Below, piece by piece: positions 54,201-64,000 of a stretch of 64,000 nucleotides of DNA (the first letter of the stretch is position 1; each line of letters begins with the position of its first letter). The stretch is from Octopus vulgaris. Lineage: Eukaryota. Location: NCBI GenBank assembly GCA_951406725.2, contig OX597828.1:58714001-58778000 (forward strand), read 5' to 3'. A program made the translations under genes and the position numbers. Below the pieces are notes generated by a model. That model was not told where the DNA came from. It did no database searches and saw only the letters and a list, made by a program, of their open reading frames with translations.

Positions 54201-57200
54201 GAAAAGATGAGAGAAAAGACTGAAAGAATTAGGCTGGAAAAGATGTTGGAAAAGATGAGAGAAAAGACTGAAAGGCTGGAAAAGATGTTGGAAAAGATGA
54301 GAGAAAAGACTGAAAGAATTAGGCTGGAAAAGATGAGAGAAAAGACTGAAAGAATTAGGCTGAAAGAATTAAGATGTTGGAAAAGATGAGAGAAAAGACT
54401 GAAAGAATTAGGCTGGAAAAGATGTTGGAAAAGATGAGAGAAAAGACTGAAAGAATTAGGCTGGAAAAGATGTTGGAAAAGATGAGAGAAAAGACTGAAA
54501 GAATTAGGCTGGAAAAGATGTTGGAAAAGATGAGAGAAAAGACTGAAAGAATTAGGCTGGAAAAGATGTTGGAAAAGATGAGAGAAAAGACTGAAAGAAT
54601 TAGGCTGGAAAAGATGTTGGAAAAGATGAGAGAAAAGACTGAAAGAATTAGGCTGGAAAAGATGTTGGAAAAGATGAGAGAAAAGACTGAAAGAATTAGG
54701 CTGGAAAAGATGTTGGAAAAGATGAGAGAAAAGACTGAAAGAATTAGGCTGGAAAAGATGTTGGAAAAGATGAGAAAAGAAAAGACTGAAAGAATTAGGC
54801 TGGAAAAGATGTTGGAAAAGATGAGAGAAAAGACTGAAAGAATTAGGCTGAAAAGATGTTGGAAAAGATGAGAAAAGATGAAAGAATTAGGCTGGAAAAG
54901 ATGTTGGATGAGAGAAAAGACTGAAAGAATTAGGCTGGAAAAGATGTTGGAAAAGATGAGAGAAAAGACTGAAAGAATTAGGCTGGAAAAGATGTTGGAA
55001 AAGATGAGAGAAAAGACTGAAAGAATTAGGCTGGAAAAGATGTTGGAAAAGATGAGAGAAAAGACTGAAAGAATTAGGCTGGAAAAGATGTTGGAAAAGA
55101 TGAGAGAAAAGACTGAAAGAATTAGGCTGGAAAAGATGTTGAAAAGAAAAGATGAAAAGATGTTGGAAAAGATGAAAGACTGAAAGAATTAGGCTGGAAA
55201 AGATGTTGGAAAAGATGAGAGAAAAGACTGAAAGAATTAGGCTGGAAAAGATGTTGGAAAAGATGAGAGAAAAGACTGAAAGAATTAGGCTGGAAAAGAT
55301 GTTGGAAAAGATGAGAGAAAAGACTGAAAGAATTAGGCTGGAAAAGATGTTGGAAAAGATGAGAGAAAAGACTGAAAGAATTAGGCTGGAAAAGATGTTG
55401 GAAAAGATGAGAGAAAAGACTGAAAGAATTAGGCTGGAAAAGATGTTGGAAAAGATGAGAGAAAAGACTGAAAGAATTAGGCTGGAAAAGATGTTGGAAA
55501 AGATGAGAGAAAAGACTGAAAGAATTAGGCTGGAAAAGATGTTGGAAAAGATGAGAGAAAAGACTGAAAGAATTAGGCTGGAAAAGATGTTGGAAAAGAT
55601 GAGAGAAAAGACTGAAAGAATTAGGCTGGAAAAGATGTTGGAAAAGATGAGAGAAAAGACTGAAAGAATTAGGCTGGAAAAGATGTTGGAAAAGAGAGAG
55701 AAAAGACTGAAAGAATTAGGCTGGAAAAGATGTTGGAAAAGATGAGAGAAAAGACTGAAAGAATTAGGCTGGAAAAGATGTTGGAAAAGATGAGAGTTGA
55801 AGACAATTTGAGTCACTGGCACTCTTCCTTACTGGTTTAGGTTGCAAGAGAAATGTTTATGATATTTGTTTCTTAAACAAGTCTTTCGAATCTGAAATCC
55901 TGTTTTCCTGTTTCACAGAGTGATATTCAAAAAACTGTTGCTATGTTGGAGAATATTGCTGCCGATGAATCAACTTTGGATAACAAAATTGAAAAGAGGA
56001 AAATAGAACTTGACAGAAATCAGAAAAGATTGCAGACTTTACAAAATGTTAGGTTGGTTGTTCACAAAATTTCTGTGAGATTTTCTTTTCTTTTTTTTCT
56101 TTTGAATGAATTTTGAAACTTTTTATTGAATAACAAATGTCAGTCCTCCTCCTCCTCATCATCATTTAAATTTGTTCTCCATCCTGGCCTGGGTTCGATG
56201 GTTTGACAGGATCTGATGAGCTCCAGGTCTACATTGAGATGCAATGTCAGGCTTGACATGGTTTCTATGGCCAGATGCCCTTCCTAATTAATGCCAACCA
56301 CTTTACAGCCTGTAGTGGCTGCTTTTTTTTGTGCCATCAGCACCGGTGAAGTTGCTAAGTTACAAGGCAAGAAAATAACAAGAAAAGGAAAAAAGCTATC
56401 TTGAGTGAATGGGGGAAATGTTTTAGAGGATGGGAGGTGGCTTTATGGCAGGTGTGGGAGGTTAAAGCATGATAAAGGGACAGGTTCAGGTGTTATTTTT
56501 CATAATTAATGTTGAGCTACAACTAGAAACTGTAAGTGTATAGAAGCAGCTTACAAAAAGTTTACCGTAAATCCTCGAGTATAGTCTGTTCTTGAGTATA
56601 ATATGCAGGGGATTTTTAGGGGGCTGTACCTCTGAAAAACCGAAACCTTGTGTATAATACGCACCTCTTCTCTAACTTGAGTCGTGTGTAATTAAGCTAG
56701 CAACACCTAGCCGAACAAACACTTCTGAACATGCGTAATACAATAATGGGAATGTAAATATGTTTGCAAATTGTTTTTGTTACATGTTATTCTGTGTTCT
56801 GAATACTTTTATTCTAATAAATGTTGCTTACTGCAAGTTATGGATGATTCTTTTATGACTTCATTGCTTTCAGGCTTAGCTTAAGGTATTTTCGTGCCCG
56901 ACATCACAAAATGTGTCTGAATAAACATTGCCTGACAACAAATAATCTTGGACATTGCTTAGAAAATATTTTTCATTTTTAACCTCGTATATAGTACGCA
57001 CTAGGGATTTTGACCTTTAAATTTTGGGAAAAAAGTGTGGATTATACTCAAGGATTTACGGTATATTGATTTTATCAACAGACATAGAATAAACTTCAGT
57101 TCAATATGAATGAGCTAGGTTTATTTTATTGCTCTGTCAGGGGAGGAATGGAGTCTCTATGGGCCTCTGAGACTGGTAGAAATAGAGAGCAGGTTATCTT

Positions 57201-60200
57201 CAGACAGGGACACCTGACTTGAATGTTTGCAATAATGTGGATTCTGTGAAAGGTTCCCAATGGCCAGATCATAGTATTGAGTACAACCATTTCACTCCTC
57301 ATAAAGGCCACCACTGAATTTTCCCTGGTTTTGATGTCAGTCGCTTTGTAGATAATATTCTCAAAAATGTTCATATATATATTCTCCATTTCATCATCAT
57401 TTAATGTCTGTCTTCCATGCTGGCATGGGTTGGACGTTTTGACAGGAGCTGGCCAGGTAGAAAGCTACTCCAGGCTACTGTATCTGTTTTAGCATGGTTT
57501 TTATGGATGGATGCCCTTCCTAACACCAACCACCCTGTAGTGTGGATTGAGTGAGTTTTACATGACACAAGCACAGGTGAGGTCAGTTTTGGCATGGTTT
57601 TTACAGCTGGATGCCCTTCCAAATGCCAACCACTTCATGCTTTTTATGTGGCTCCACTTCTAAAACATAATTTTTGTGTCCTTTATAGAGACATAATGAA
57701 ATGATTCCACTAATCCTTAAACTGGCTTTCATTTCACTTGTACAATGTAAACTACAGAAAGACACGATCCAAATTTGTGGTGTTACCTAGCTTAAAGTGC
57801 AGTTGTTCATATCCAGCCTTCCCTGAAAAACATGTCTGAGCATGGGGAAATATCACCTTACATAGGGAAAAGTGAGGGCTAGTGACAGCAAGGGCATTTG
57901 ACATAGAAAATTTGCCTCAACAAATTCCATCTGAGCCATGTAAACATGAAAAGTGGACATTAAATGATGATGCTTTAGAAATATCTTTTTTGCATCAATA
58001 TAATTCTTACAGAGAGTCTCATTTTTATTTTAAGGCCTGCTTATATGGATGAATATGAAAGGCTGGAACAAGAATTAGAGAAACTATACGAAGCTTACAT
58101 TATCAAGTTCCGCAATCTCACATACCTTGAACAACAACTTGAAGAATACAGTAAAATGGAACAAGATAAAGTGAAAGTTTGTATATTTCATTGTTGGTGT
58201 GTTACTGTATTTTTTGGTATACAAGTCAATGTAGAATATTTTAGGGTAAACATGTTGTGTAAACATCGAAACATCATCAGTTGCTTTCCAAATCCTGAAG
58301 CATTTTACATGGAATTTTTGGTCTGGGAAATTCAACTTGTATGCCAGGAAATATGGCATTTGTTCTATCAGTAGACTTGTTAGGTTGTTTGTAAACATCA
58401 CATACTTGTGTACTATATTGATATTTGATTTATCAGCTGTTAGATCTGTGGTATGACAGATTTTATGTTATTATTGATTCTCTAGGAAAATCAATATGCT
58501 CTGAAATCGACAGCCGAGGCATTACGCCAAGTTGAAAGAGACCCCAAGAATATTTTTGATGAAGATGACGAAGACGATGATTTCAGCCAAACCTCAGGTT
58601 AGTATCTTTGTTTATGATTTATTTCATGTTAGTATTTCCAACTTATACACGTGTCTTTTCTGATTTAATGGTATATAATGGTATTGGCACCTAGATTTGG
58701 TTTTAAATTCTTGTACTAATTTAAGGCTTTAATTGTTGATTGGGGGTCAGATAGGGACCTTGTAGTAATTATTCTGATCTTTTATCATTTACTTGTTTTA
58801 ATCATTAGACTGTGGTCATGCTGGGGCACTGCCTCAAATTTTTTTAGTTAAATGAATTGGTCTCAGGACTTATATATACTTTAAACCTGGTATTTATTCT
58901 ATTGATCTCTTTTGCTGAACCACTAAGTTACAGGCATGCAAATACACCGTCAGTGGAGGCACATGGCCTAGTGGTTAGAGCAGCGGACTCGTGGTCGAGG
59001 GATCGCGGGTTCGAATCTCAGACTGGGCAGTGTGTGTGTTTATGAGTGAAACACCTAAGCTCTACGCGGCTCCGGCAGAAGGTAATGGCGAACTTTGCTG
59101 ACTCTTTCGCCACAATTTTCTCTCACTCTTTCCTCCTGCATCTAGCAGCTCACCTGTGATGGACTGGCATCCTGTCCAGGTGGGGAACCCATACGGCAAG
59201 GAACCGGGAAACCGGCCCTTATGAGCCAGGCATGACTTGAGAAGCAACAAACAACAACAAATACACCAGTTGTGAAGCAGTAGTGGGGAACAATCACAGA
59301 CACAAAGGTTCACACATATGATGGGCTTCTTTCAGTTTCTGTCTACCAAATCCACTCATAAGGCCATAATATGAGACACTTGCCCAAGGTGCCATGCAGT
59401 GGGTTTGGATCCAGAACCATGTGGTTGGGAAGCTAGCTTCTTACCCCCCCCCCCCACACCTTCACCTATCCTTTGCATTTTCAATTCCAATCCTACTAAG
59501 GTCAATTTTGACTTTCATCTCTCTCCTGGAGTGGGTCAATAAAAAAAAAGTGCCAACCAAGAACTGGCTCTCAGAATTGGTTAAGCTTCACTGTGATAGG
59601 GCTGTTGGGTGAGATCATTCACTCCAAGGAATGGAAGAGGAGTAAAAACCTACAGAATTGGTTCCTAGAGCAGTGGAAGAATGTTATTTTCTCGGACAAG
59701 TCATCCTTTACCTTATTTCCAAACACCAGCCGAGTATACATGTGGAGAGAGCCAAAAGATGCATTTGACCCAGACTACCTTCTTCCAACTGTTAAACATG
59801 GAGGAGGATCTGTGGGGTGGGGCTATATCTTGGAAATCCGCCAGCCCAATGATTTTCCTTCATGGCAGAATTAATAAAGACTATTTAAGCATTTTATTTG
59901 ATCAAATTCATCCTATGGTTGAGGATCTGTTTCCAGAGGGAAATGGAATCTTTCAGGATGATAATGCACCAATTCACACAGCTAAAGTTGTTACTGAATA
60001 GCACAAGGAACATTCTAGTGGAGTTGAACATCTTATCTGGCCACCACAGTCCCCAGATCTCAATATTATTGAACATTTATGGTGCATTTTAGAAAAACAA
60101 GTAAGGAGTCGATATCCTCCACCATCATCACTACAGGAACTGTTTTAGCTGAAGAATGGACAAAAATTCCTTTAGAAACAATTCAAACTTTGTATGAGTC

Positions 60201-61811
60201 CATACCTTGTAGAATTCAAGTTGTAATTGCTGCCAAAGGCAGTCCTACCCCATATTAAAATAAATTAGTTTGAAATTTTAAGGTGTTTCCATTATTCTGT
60301 ATATTATATAATAATGATGGTATGGTCATGGGGCTGGAATGCGTTTGATCATAAATTTGCTTGATCAGGGCTGGTCTGGTGCCAAGTATCAATATCCAAT
60401 GGATTATATTTATCTCATTCTAACACTAATAACTATTTCCTTGCACTGCACATTTGAATTTACAAGTTTTATGTGAAGTGAGAGAATCCCTTTGTAATTA
60501 TTAAAAGCTCTAGAACCCTAAACTCTCTCTATGGTTTGTCTCTTTTCTTTTGCCTTACAGATGTCTTAGACAGTGGTTCTGAATTAGATGATAGTCAGGT
60601 TCAACGTCCAATTCGACCTGTCCACAGCAGAACAAGGCCTGAAGGTAAATTCTAGAAAATGAAAGATTCTGTTGTTAAGCAAGGCACCATACTCTACTTC
60701 AGACTATTGTGCATGGCTCTATATTTTACTTTCATATTATTGTTCAGCAAGACACCATACTTTACTTCCTACATGTAAAAAATGTGTTTCAAATTCTTAT
60801 GATTCCTGTTATTTGTTTTGCTGTAGGTGCCAGCTTGACACATAGTGAGAGAAAAGCTCATGTGCAAGGTTCAATGTTCATTGATGACTCAGAAGATGTA
60901 AGTAAAAGAGAAACATCCAAAGATATTCCCTATTCTTGTCCTTACAGCTGATTGGAAAACTTGAAATATTTTCTGAACAAATTTAACTGTCTTTTTCTAA
61001 TATACAAAATATGCTGGGGTTTATTCTTTTTTTAATGGCATTAAGTATTGGACAGCAGCATTGGACACTGCTATTGGCCTTAAGACGAAGGCATTAATCT
61101 CACAGCTTCTTATCCTCTGCATCCAAATACAAATTCTTAGTTAAGTAGAATTACTTCTGATGATTAGAGTACAATCCTGAGTCTGTGGATTGTAAAATAT
61201 ACAAAAGAAAACCAATTTGGATTTACTGAAATTTTACAACTTTTGTTCCCAAGGAATTGGAATATGGCAAAGGCAAGAATAAAATACTTGTTCTTTGTGT
61301 GTATCCCAGTTTATAGAAATAAGTACACCATATCTGTGTGAGTTGTAAGAGTCAACTAAAAGTGGTTGGTGTCTTAAAAGGCATTAGGCCAGAAAGTTGT
61401 TTCAGATAGTATGTCAGCCTGAAAGAGCTGATGATAGCAATTCTTGAAATGTTCTGAATTTAAATAACTATCAAACCTAGCATTGGTATATACTGTAATT
61501 GAAAAAAACACAGAAGAGTTGTGGTTGATGGAAATCTTGTTTGCTTGATTTCGTATTTTCTTTTATCCAAAGCCAGGAGCTTTTCAGCATCCTGTCACAC
61601 ACACTCACATATATAAAATTGTAAATTTTATTTATTTTCACAACAGGAATCTGGCAGTGACTCGGATATTGATCTTGATGATAACAATGAGGGTGATCTT
61701 GATGACGATGAAGATATTGAAATAGCAGTGAAATCGAAAACAGCACCAGGCAGTGCTGTGCTACGACACAAAATGATTGAAGAAGACGATGACAGCGACA
61801 ACGATTTCTAA
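38063..61811 (+). CDS. CLUAP1: Clusterin-associated protein 1 / intraflagellar transport protein IFT38, 12 coding exons, 429 aa
   Basis: Exons 38063-38084, 39982-40093, 41608-41692, 42773-42955, 45419-45514, 48733-48816, 55919-56052, 58035-58176, 58486-58597, 60561-60644, 60827-60897, 61647-61811. All GT-AG, total 1290 nt. Starts [32 protein letters not shown], contains [22 protein letters not shown] and RPAYMDEYE, ends with acidic tail DDDSDNDF. Confidence 0.96.
38611..38670 (+). repeat. Three tandem copies of a 20-bp unit TCCAGTGGCTCAAATGGTCN
   Basis: Units at 38611, 38631 and 38651 in CLUAP1 intron 1. Confidence 0.9.
39982..40093 (+). CDS. CLUAP1: CLUAP1 coding exon 2
   Basis: [38 protein letters not shown]. 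Confidence 0.95.
41608..41692 (+). CDS. CLUAP1: CLUAP1 coding exon 3
   Basis: [28 protein letters not shown]. Confidence 0.95.
42773..42955 (+). CDS. CLUAP1: CLUAP1 coding exon 4
   Basis: [37 protein letters not shown]...FDISSK. Confidence 0.95.
44835..45285. mobile_element. TA-flanked MITE (TIR CCGTAAATCCTCGAGTATA)
   Basis: TIRs and TA duplication; second copy at 56565-57061. Confidence 0.85.
45419..45514 (+). CDS. CLUAP1: CLUAP1 coding exon 5
   Basis: [32 protein letters not shown]. Confidence 0.95.
45817..48137 (-). mobile_element. 5'-truncated RTE-clade LINE (RT, Cys/His finger, 3' UTR, (GAT)n tail)
   Basis: [56 protein letters not shown] and GRGRPRKTW motifs; two nonsense codons; 3' UTR ends in (GAT)n near 45817. 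Confidence 0.93.
48733..48816 (+). CDS. CLUAP1: CLUAP1 coding exon 6
   Basis: [28 protein letters not shown]. Confidence 0.93.
48898..55796 (+). repeat. 48-bp minisatellite array, about 144 units, in CLUAP1 intron 6
   Basis: Unit GAAAAGATGAGAGAAAAGACTGAAAGAATTAGGCTGGAAAAGATGTTG, near-perfect with patches of indels. Confidence 0.98.
55919..56052 (+). CDS. CLUAP1: CLUAP1 coding exon 7
   Basis: [45 protein letters not shown]. Confidence 0.94.
56565..57061. mobile_element. TA-flanked MITE, same family as 44835-45285
   Basis: TA-CCGTAAATCCTCGAGT...AGGATTTACGG-TA. Confidence 0.85.
58035..58176 (+). CDS. CLUAP1: CLUAP1 coding exon 8
   Basis: [47 protein letters not shown]; an in-frame alternative donor after 58170 is possible. 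Confidence 0.9.
58486..58597 (+). CDS. CLUAP1: CLUAP1 coding exon 9
   Basis: [37 protein letters not shown]; AG/GTTAG. Confidence 0.85.
58949..59257 (+). mobile_element. Young tRNA-derived SINE with target-site duplication
   Basis: A-box TGGCCTAGTGG, B-box GGTTCGAATC, TCG in the anticodon position, (CAA)n tail, TSD CAAATACACC at 58939 and 59258. Confidence 0.88.
59590..60300 (+). mobile_element. Tc1-family transposase 3' fragment
   Basis: [49 protein letters not shown]; stops and frameshifts. Confidence 0.9.
60561..60644 (+). CDS. CLUAP1: CLUAP1 coding exon 10
   Basis: [28 protein letters not shown]; strong polypyrimidine acceptor. Confidence 0.83.
60827..60897 (+). CDS. CLUAP1: CLUAP1 coding exon 11
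   Basis: [24 protein letters not shown]; AG/GTAAGT. Confidence 0.85.
61647..61811 (+). CDS. CLUAP1: CLUAP1 last coding exon
   Basis: [12 protein letters not shown]...[10 protein letters not shown] then TAA. Confidence 0.92.
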   Translation, partial: ESGSDSDIDLDDNNEGDLDDDEDIEIAVKSKTAPGSAVLRHKMIEEDDDSDNDF

Positions 61812-61914
61812 TACAGTTCTTGGTAATGATGGAACGATTTTCTGCCTGATTATTGTGTAAAATATTTCAGTTCATTTAATTTTTTTTCTTTTTACCAAAA
61901 ACATACTGTTCAAA

Positions 61915-61924
61915 AATAAATAAA
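61915..61924 (+). terminator. CLUAP1 polyadenylation signals (two overlapping AATAAA)
   Basis: AATAAATAAA about 105 nt after the stop, followed by T-rich sequence. Confidence 0.6.
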
Positions 61925-62543
61925 CTATTTTCAGTTTTCTTTGGAGCATGGTTTAGTATTTAAAAAAAAGTTTTTTTACTTGTTTCAGTCATTTGCCTGT
62001 GACCATGCTGGGGCACTACCTTGGAGGCTTTTTTAGTTGAGCAAATCAATCTGAGGACTTATTTTTTTAAGCCTAGTACTTATTCTATTGGTCCCTTTTA
62101 TGGGGACATAAACAGACCAACACATAGGCGCAGGAGTGGCTGTGTGGTAAGTAGTTTGCTAACCAACCACATGGTTCCGGGTTCAGTCCCACTGCGTGGC
62201 ATCTTGGGCAAGTGTCTTCTGCTATAGCCCCGGGCCGACCAATGCCTTGTGAGTGGATTTGGTAGACGGAAACTGAAAGAAGCCTGTCGTATATATGTAT
62301 ATATATATAAGTGTGTGTGTCCCCCTAGCATTGCTTGACAACTGATGCTGGTGTGTTTACGTCCCCGTCACTTAGCGGTTCGGCAAAAGAGACCGATAGA
62401 ATAAGTACTGGGCTTACAAAGAATAAGTCCCGGGGTCGATTTGCTCGACTAAAGGCGGTGCTCCAGTCAAATGACTGAAACAAGTAAAAGAGTAAAGAGT
62501 TGTCAAGCAGTGATAAGGGGACAAACACAGACACAAACTCATA

Positions 62544-63821
62544 CGAGGGGCGTTCAATAAGTAATGCCCCTGACCCACTTCCCATAGCAGTAGAGCAACG
62601 AAACTTGGAACAGTTATTAGTCTTTTTCTACATAAGAACCACCCAGAGTTATGCATTTCTCCCATCGTTTGATGCAGCTCTTAAGACCGTTTTTGTAGAA
62701 GACCCCAGCTTGTTCCTCCAACCTGAACGTGACTTCAGAAATCAAGGCTGCATCATCTGGGAAACGCTTTCCTTTCAAAAGCAACTTCATGGCTGGGAAG
62801 AGGTGAAAATCAGAGGGTGCAAGGTCAGGAGAGTAGGGGGGTGGGGGAGGAGTTCATAGCCGCACACCTGTGCTTCTGATCTGGCGACACGCGAGTTGTG
62901 AACCGGAGCGTTGTCCTGCAGGAGGAGGATGCCTTTGCTGATCTTGCCCTGCCTCTTGATTTTGATAGCTTCTCTTAATTTCCTCAAAAGTGAAGCATAA
63001 TAGACTCCTGTAATTGTGGCACCCTTTGCCAGGAAATCTGTCTTCACTACTCCGTCCTGATCCCAGAAGACTGTAAGCATGACCTTGCCAGCGGAGGGCT
63101 GCACCCTTGCCTTTTTTAGAGGAGGTGAGTCATGGTGCTTCCACTGCATTGACTGGGCTTTACTGACTGGACCCAGGTTTTATCCTATGCAATCAGTCTT
63201 TTGAAAAATTTTGACTCATCTTCTTGGCACATCTCCAAATTCATCCTCGAGCAATCGACGCGTTCTTGCTTCTGGAAAGGTGTGAGCAGCCTGGGAATCC
63301 ATCTGGCAGACACCTTTTGCATATGCAAATGGTCATGAATGATAGTTTCCACAGACCCGGTACTAATCTTGACCTCATGGGCTATTTGGCGAATAGTTAT
63401 GCATCAATCTTCCAAAATGGCAGCCTCAACTTGACGGACAGACATCTCATCAACGGCAGAAGGGGGCGACCAGATCTGGGAGCTGTTTCCACAGAGTTCC
63501 GACCATGTTTGAATTCATGATGCCAGCGTTTTACAAGGTCATATGATGGGGCATCATCACCATAAGTTACTTTCATTTCATCAAAAGTCTCCCGTGGTGT
63601 GCGTCCTTTCAAATACAAAAACCGGATCACTGCTCGACACTCAACTGGCTCCATTTCACACTTGGCTCAGTTCAAACACCTGTAAATCAGAAACTACAAT
63701 TAGTTCAGAGCTGTAATTTGCCACTTAATCTATAGAGATATAGATAATTGCACATGCAAAATTTCAGCTAGATCAAACAACTGCAAGTGGGTCAGAGGCA
63801 TTACTTATTGAACGCCCCTCG
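62544..63821 (-). mobile_element. Full-length mariner transposon with frameshifted transposase
   Basis: 37-bp TIRs CGAGGGGCGTTCAATAAGTAATGCC(C/T)CTGACCCACTT with 1 mismatch, TA on both sides, 1278 bp. Transposase 63654-62617 has HTH, KVMLTVFWD and LLQDNAPVH, split by frameshifts. Confidence 0.95.
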
Positions 63822-64000
63822 TAGATATACACATATCCATCTATATATAATTGTTCAAGAGGAAAACAAACGTTAAGGCGAGGAAAATATTTCAAATCAT
63901 ATACAGTGTTATTATTGGAAAAAATTCAGTCCTACAGCTGTTTCTAGGATAAAGAAAGCCATTGTGAGGCAGTAACCTCTTACACAACTCAAAAAAATCA

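Noticed and set aside
48904-55822. ORFs of ([16 protein letters not shown])n as a repetitive protein gene, or the array as CRISPR
   Set aside because: It lies inside a CLUAP1 intron whose flanking exons join in frame, has many frameshifts, and has identical units with no unique spacers
58953-59025. tRNA-Arg gene
   Set aside because: No good acceptor stem or T-run terminator; continues into a SINE body with (CAA)n tail and TSD

Overview
AT-rich, repeat-dense animal genomic DNA. The tRNA-headed SINEs, RTE LINEs with (GAT)n tails and long (TA)n/(CA)n tracts point to an octopus/coleoid cephalopod, which is an inference from repeat style. Two spliced genes lie head-to-head about 4.9 kb apart, and I assembled both by hand with GT-AG junctions and continuous frames. 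UBL7 is on the minus strand (10 coding exons, 15378-33127, 333 aa). CLUAP1/IFT38 is on the plus strand (12 coding exons, 38063-61811, 429 aa). The rest is transposon- and repeat-derived: RTE LINEs, a full-length frameshifted mariner, Tc1 and Tigger remnants, a non-autonomous Helitron, MITEs, SINEs, microsatellites, and a 6.9-kb array of a 48-bp unit filling CLUAP1 intron 6. The most notable observation is a 122-bp inverted copy (2 mismatches) of the 3' part of UBL7 exon 8 plus its splice donor. It sits in intron 5 of the same gene, just 5' of a truncated RTE tail, and should fold the pre-mRNA into a long duplex (candidate ADAR editing-complementary or splicing element). Also notable are tRNA-headed elements carrying hammerhead-ribozyme-like cores. 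Most ORFs in the supplied track are spurious.
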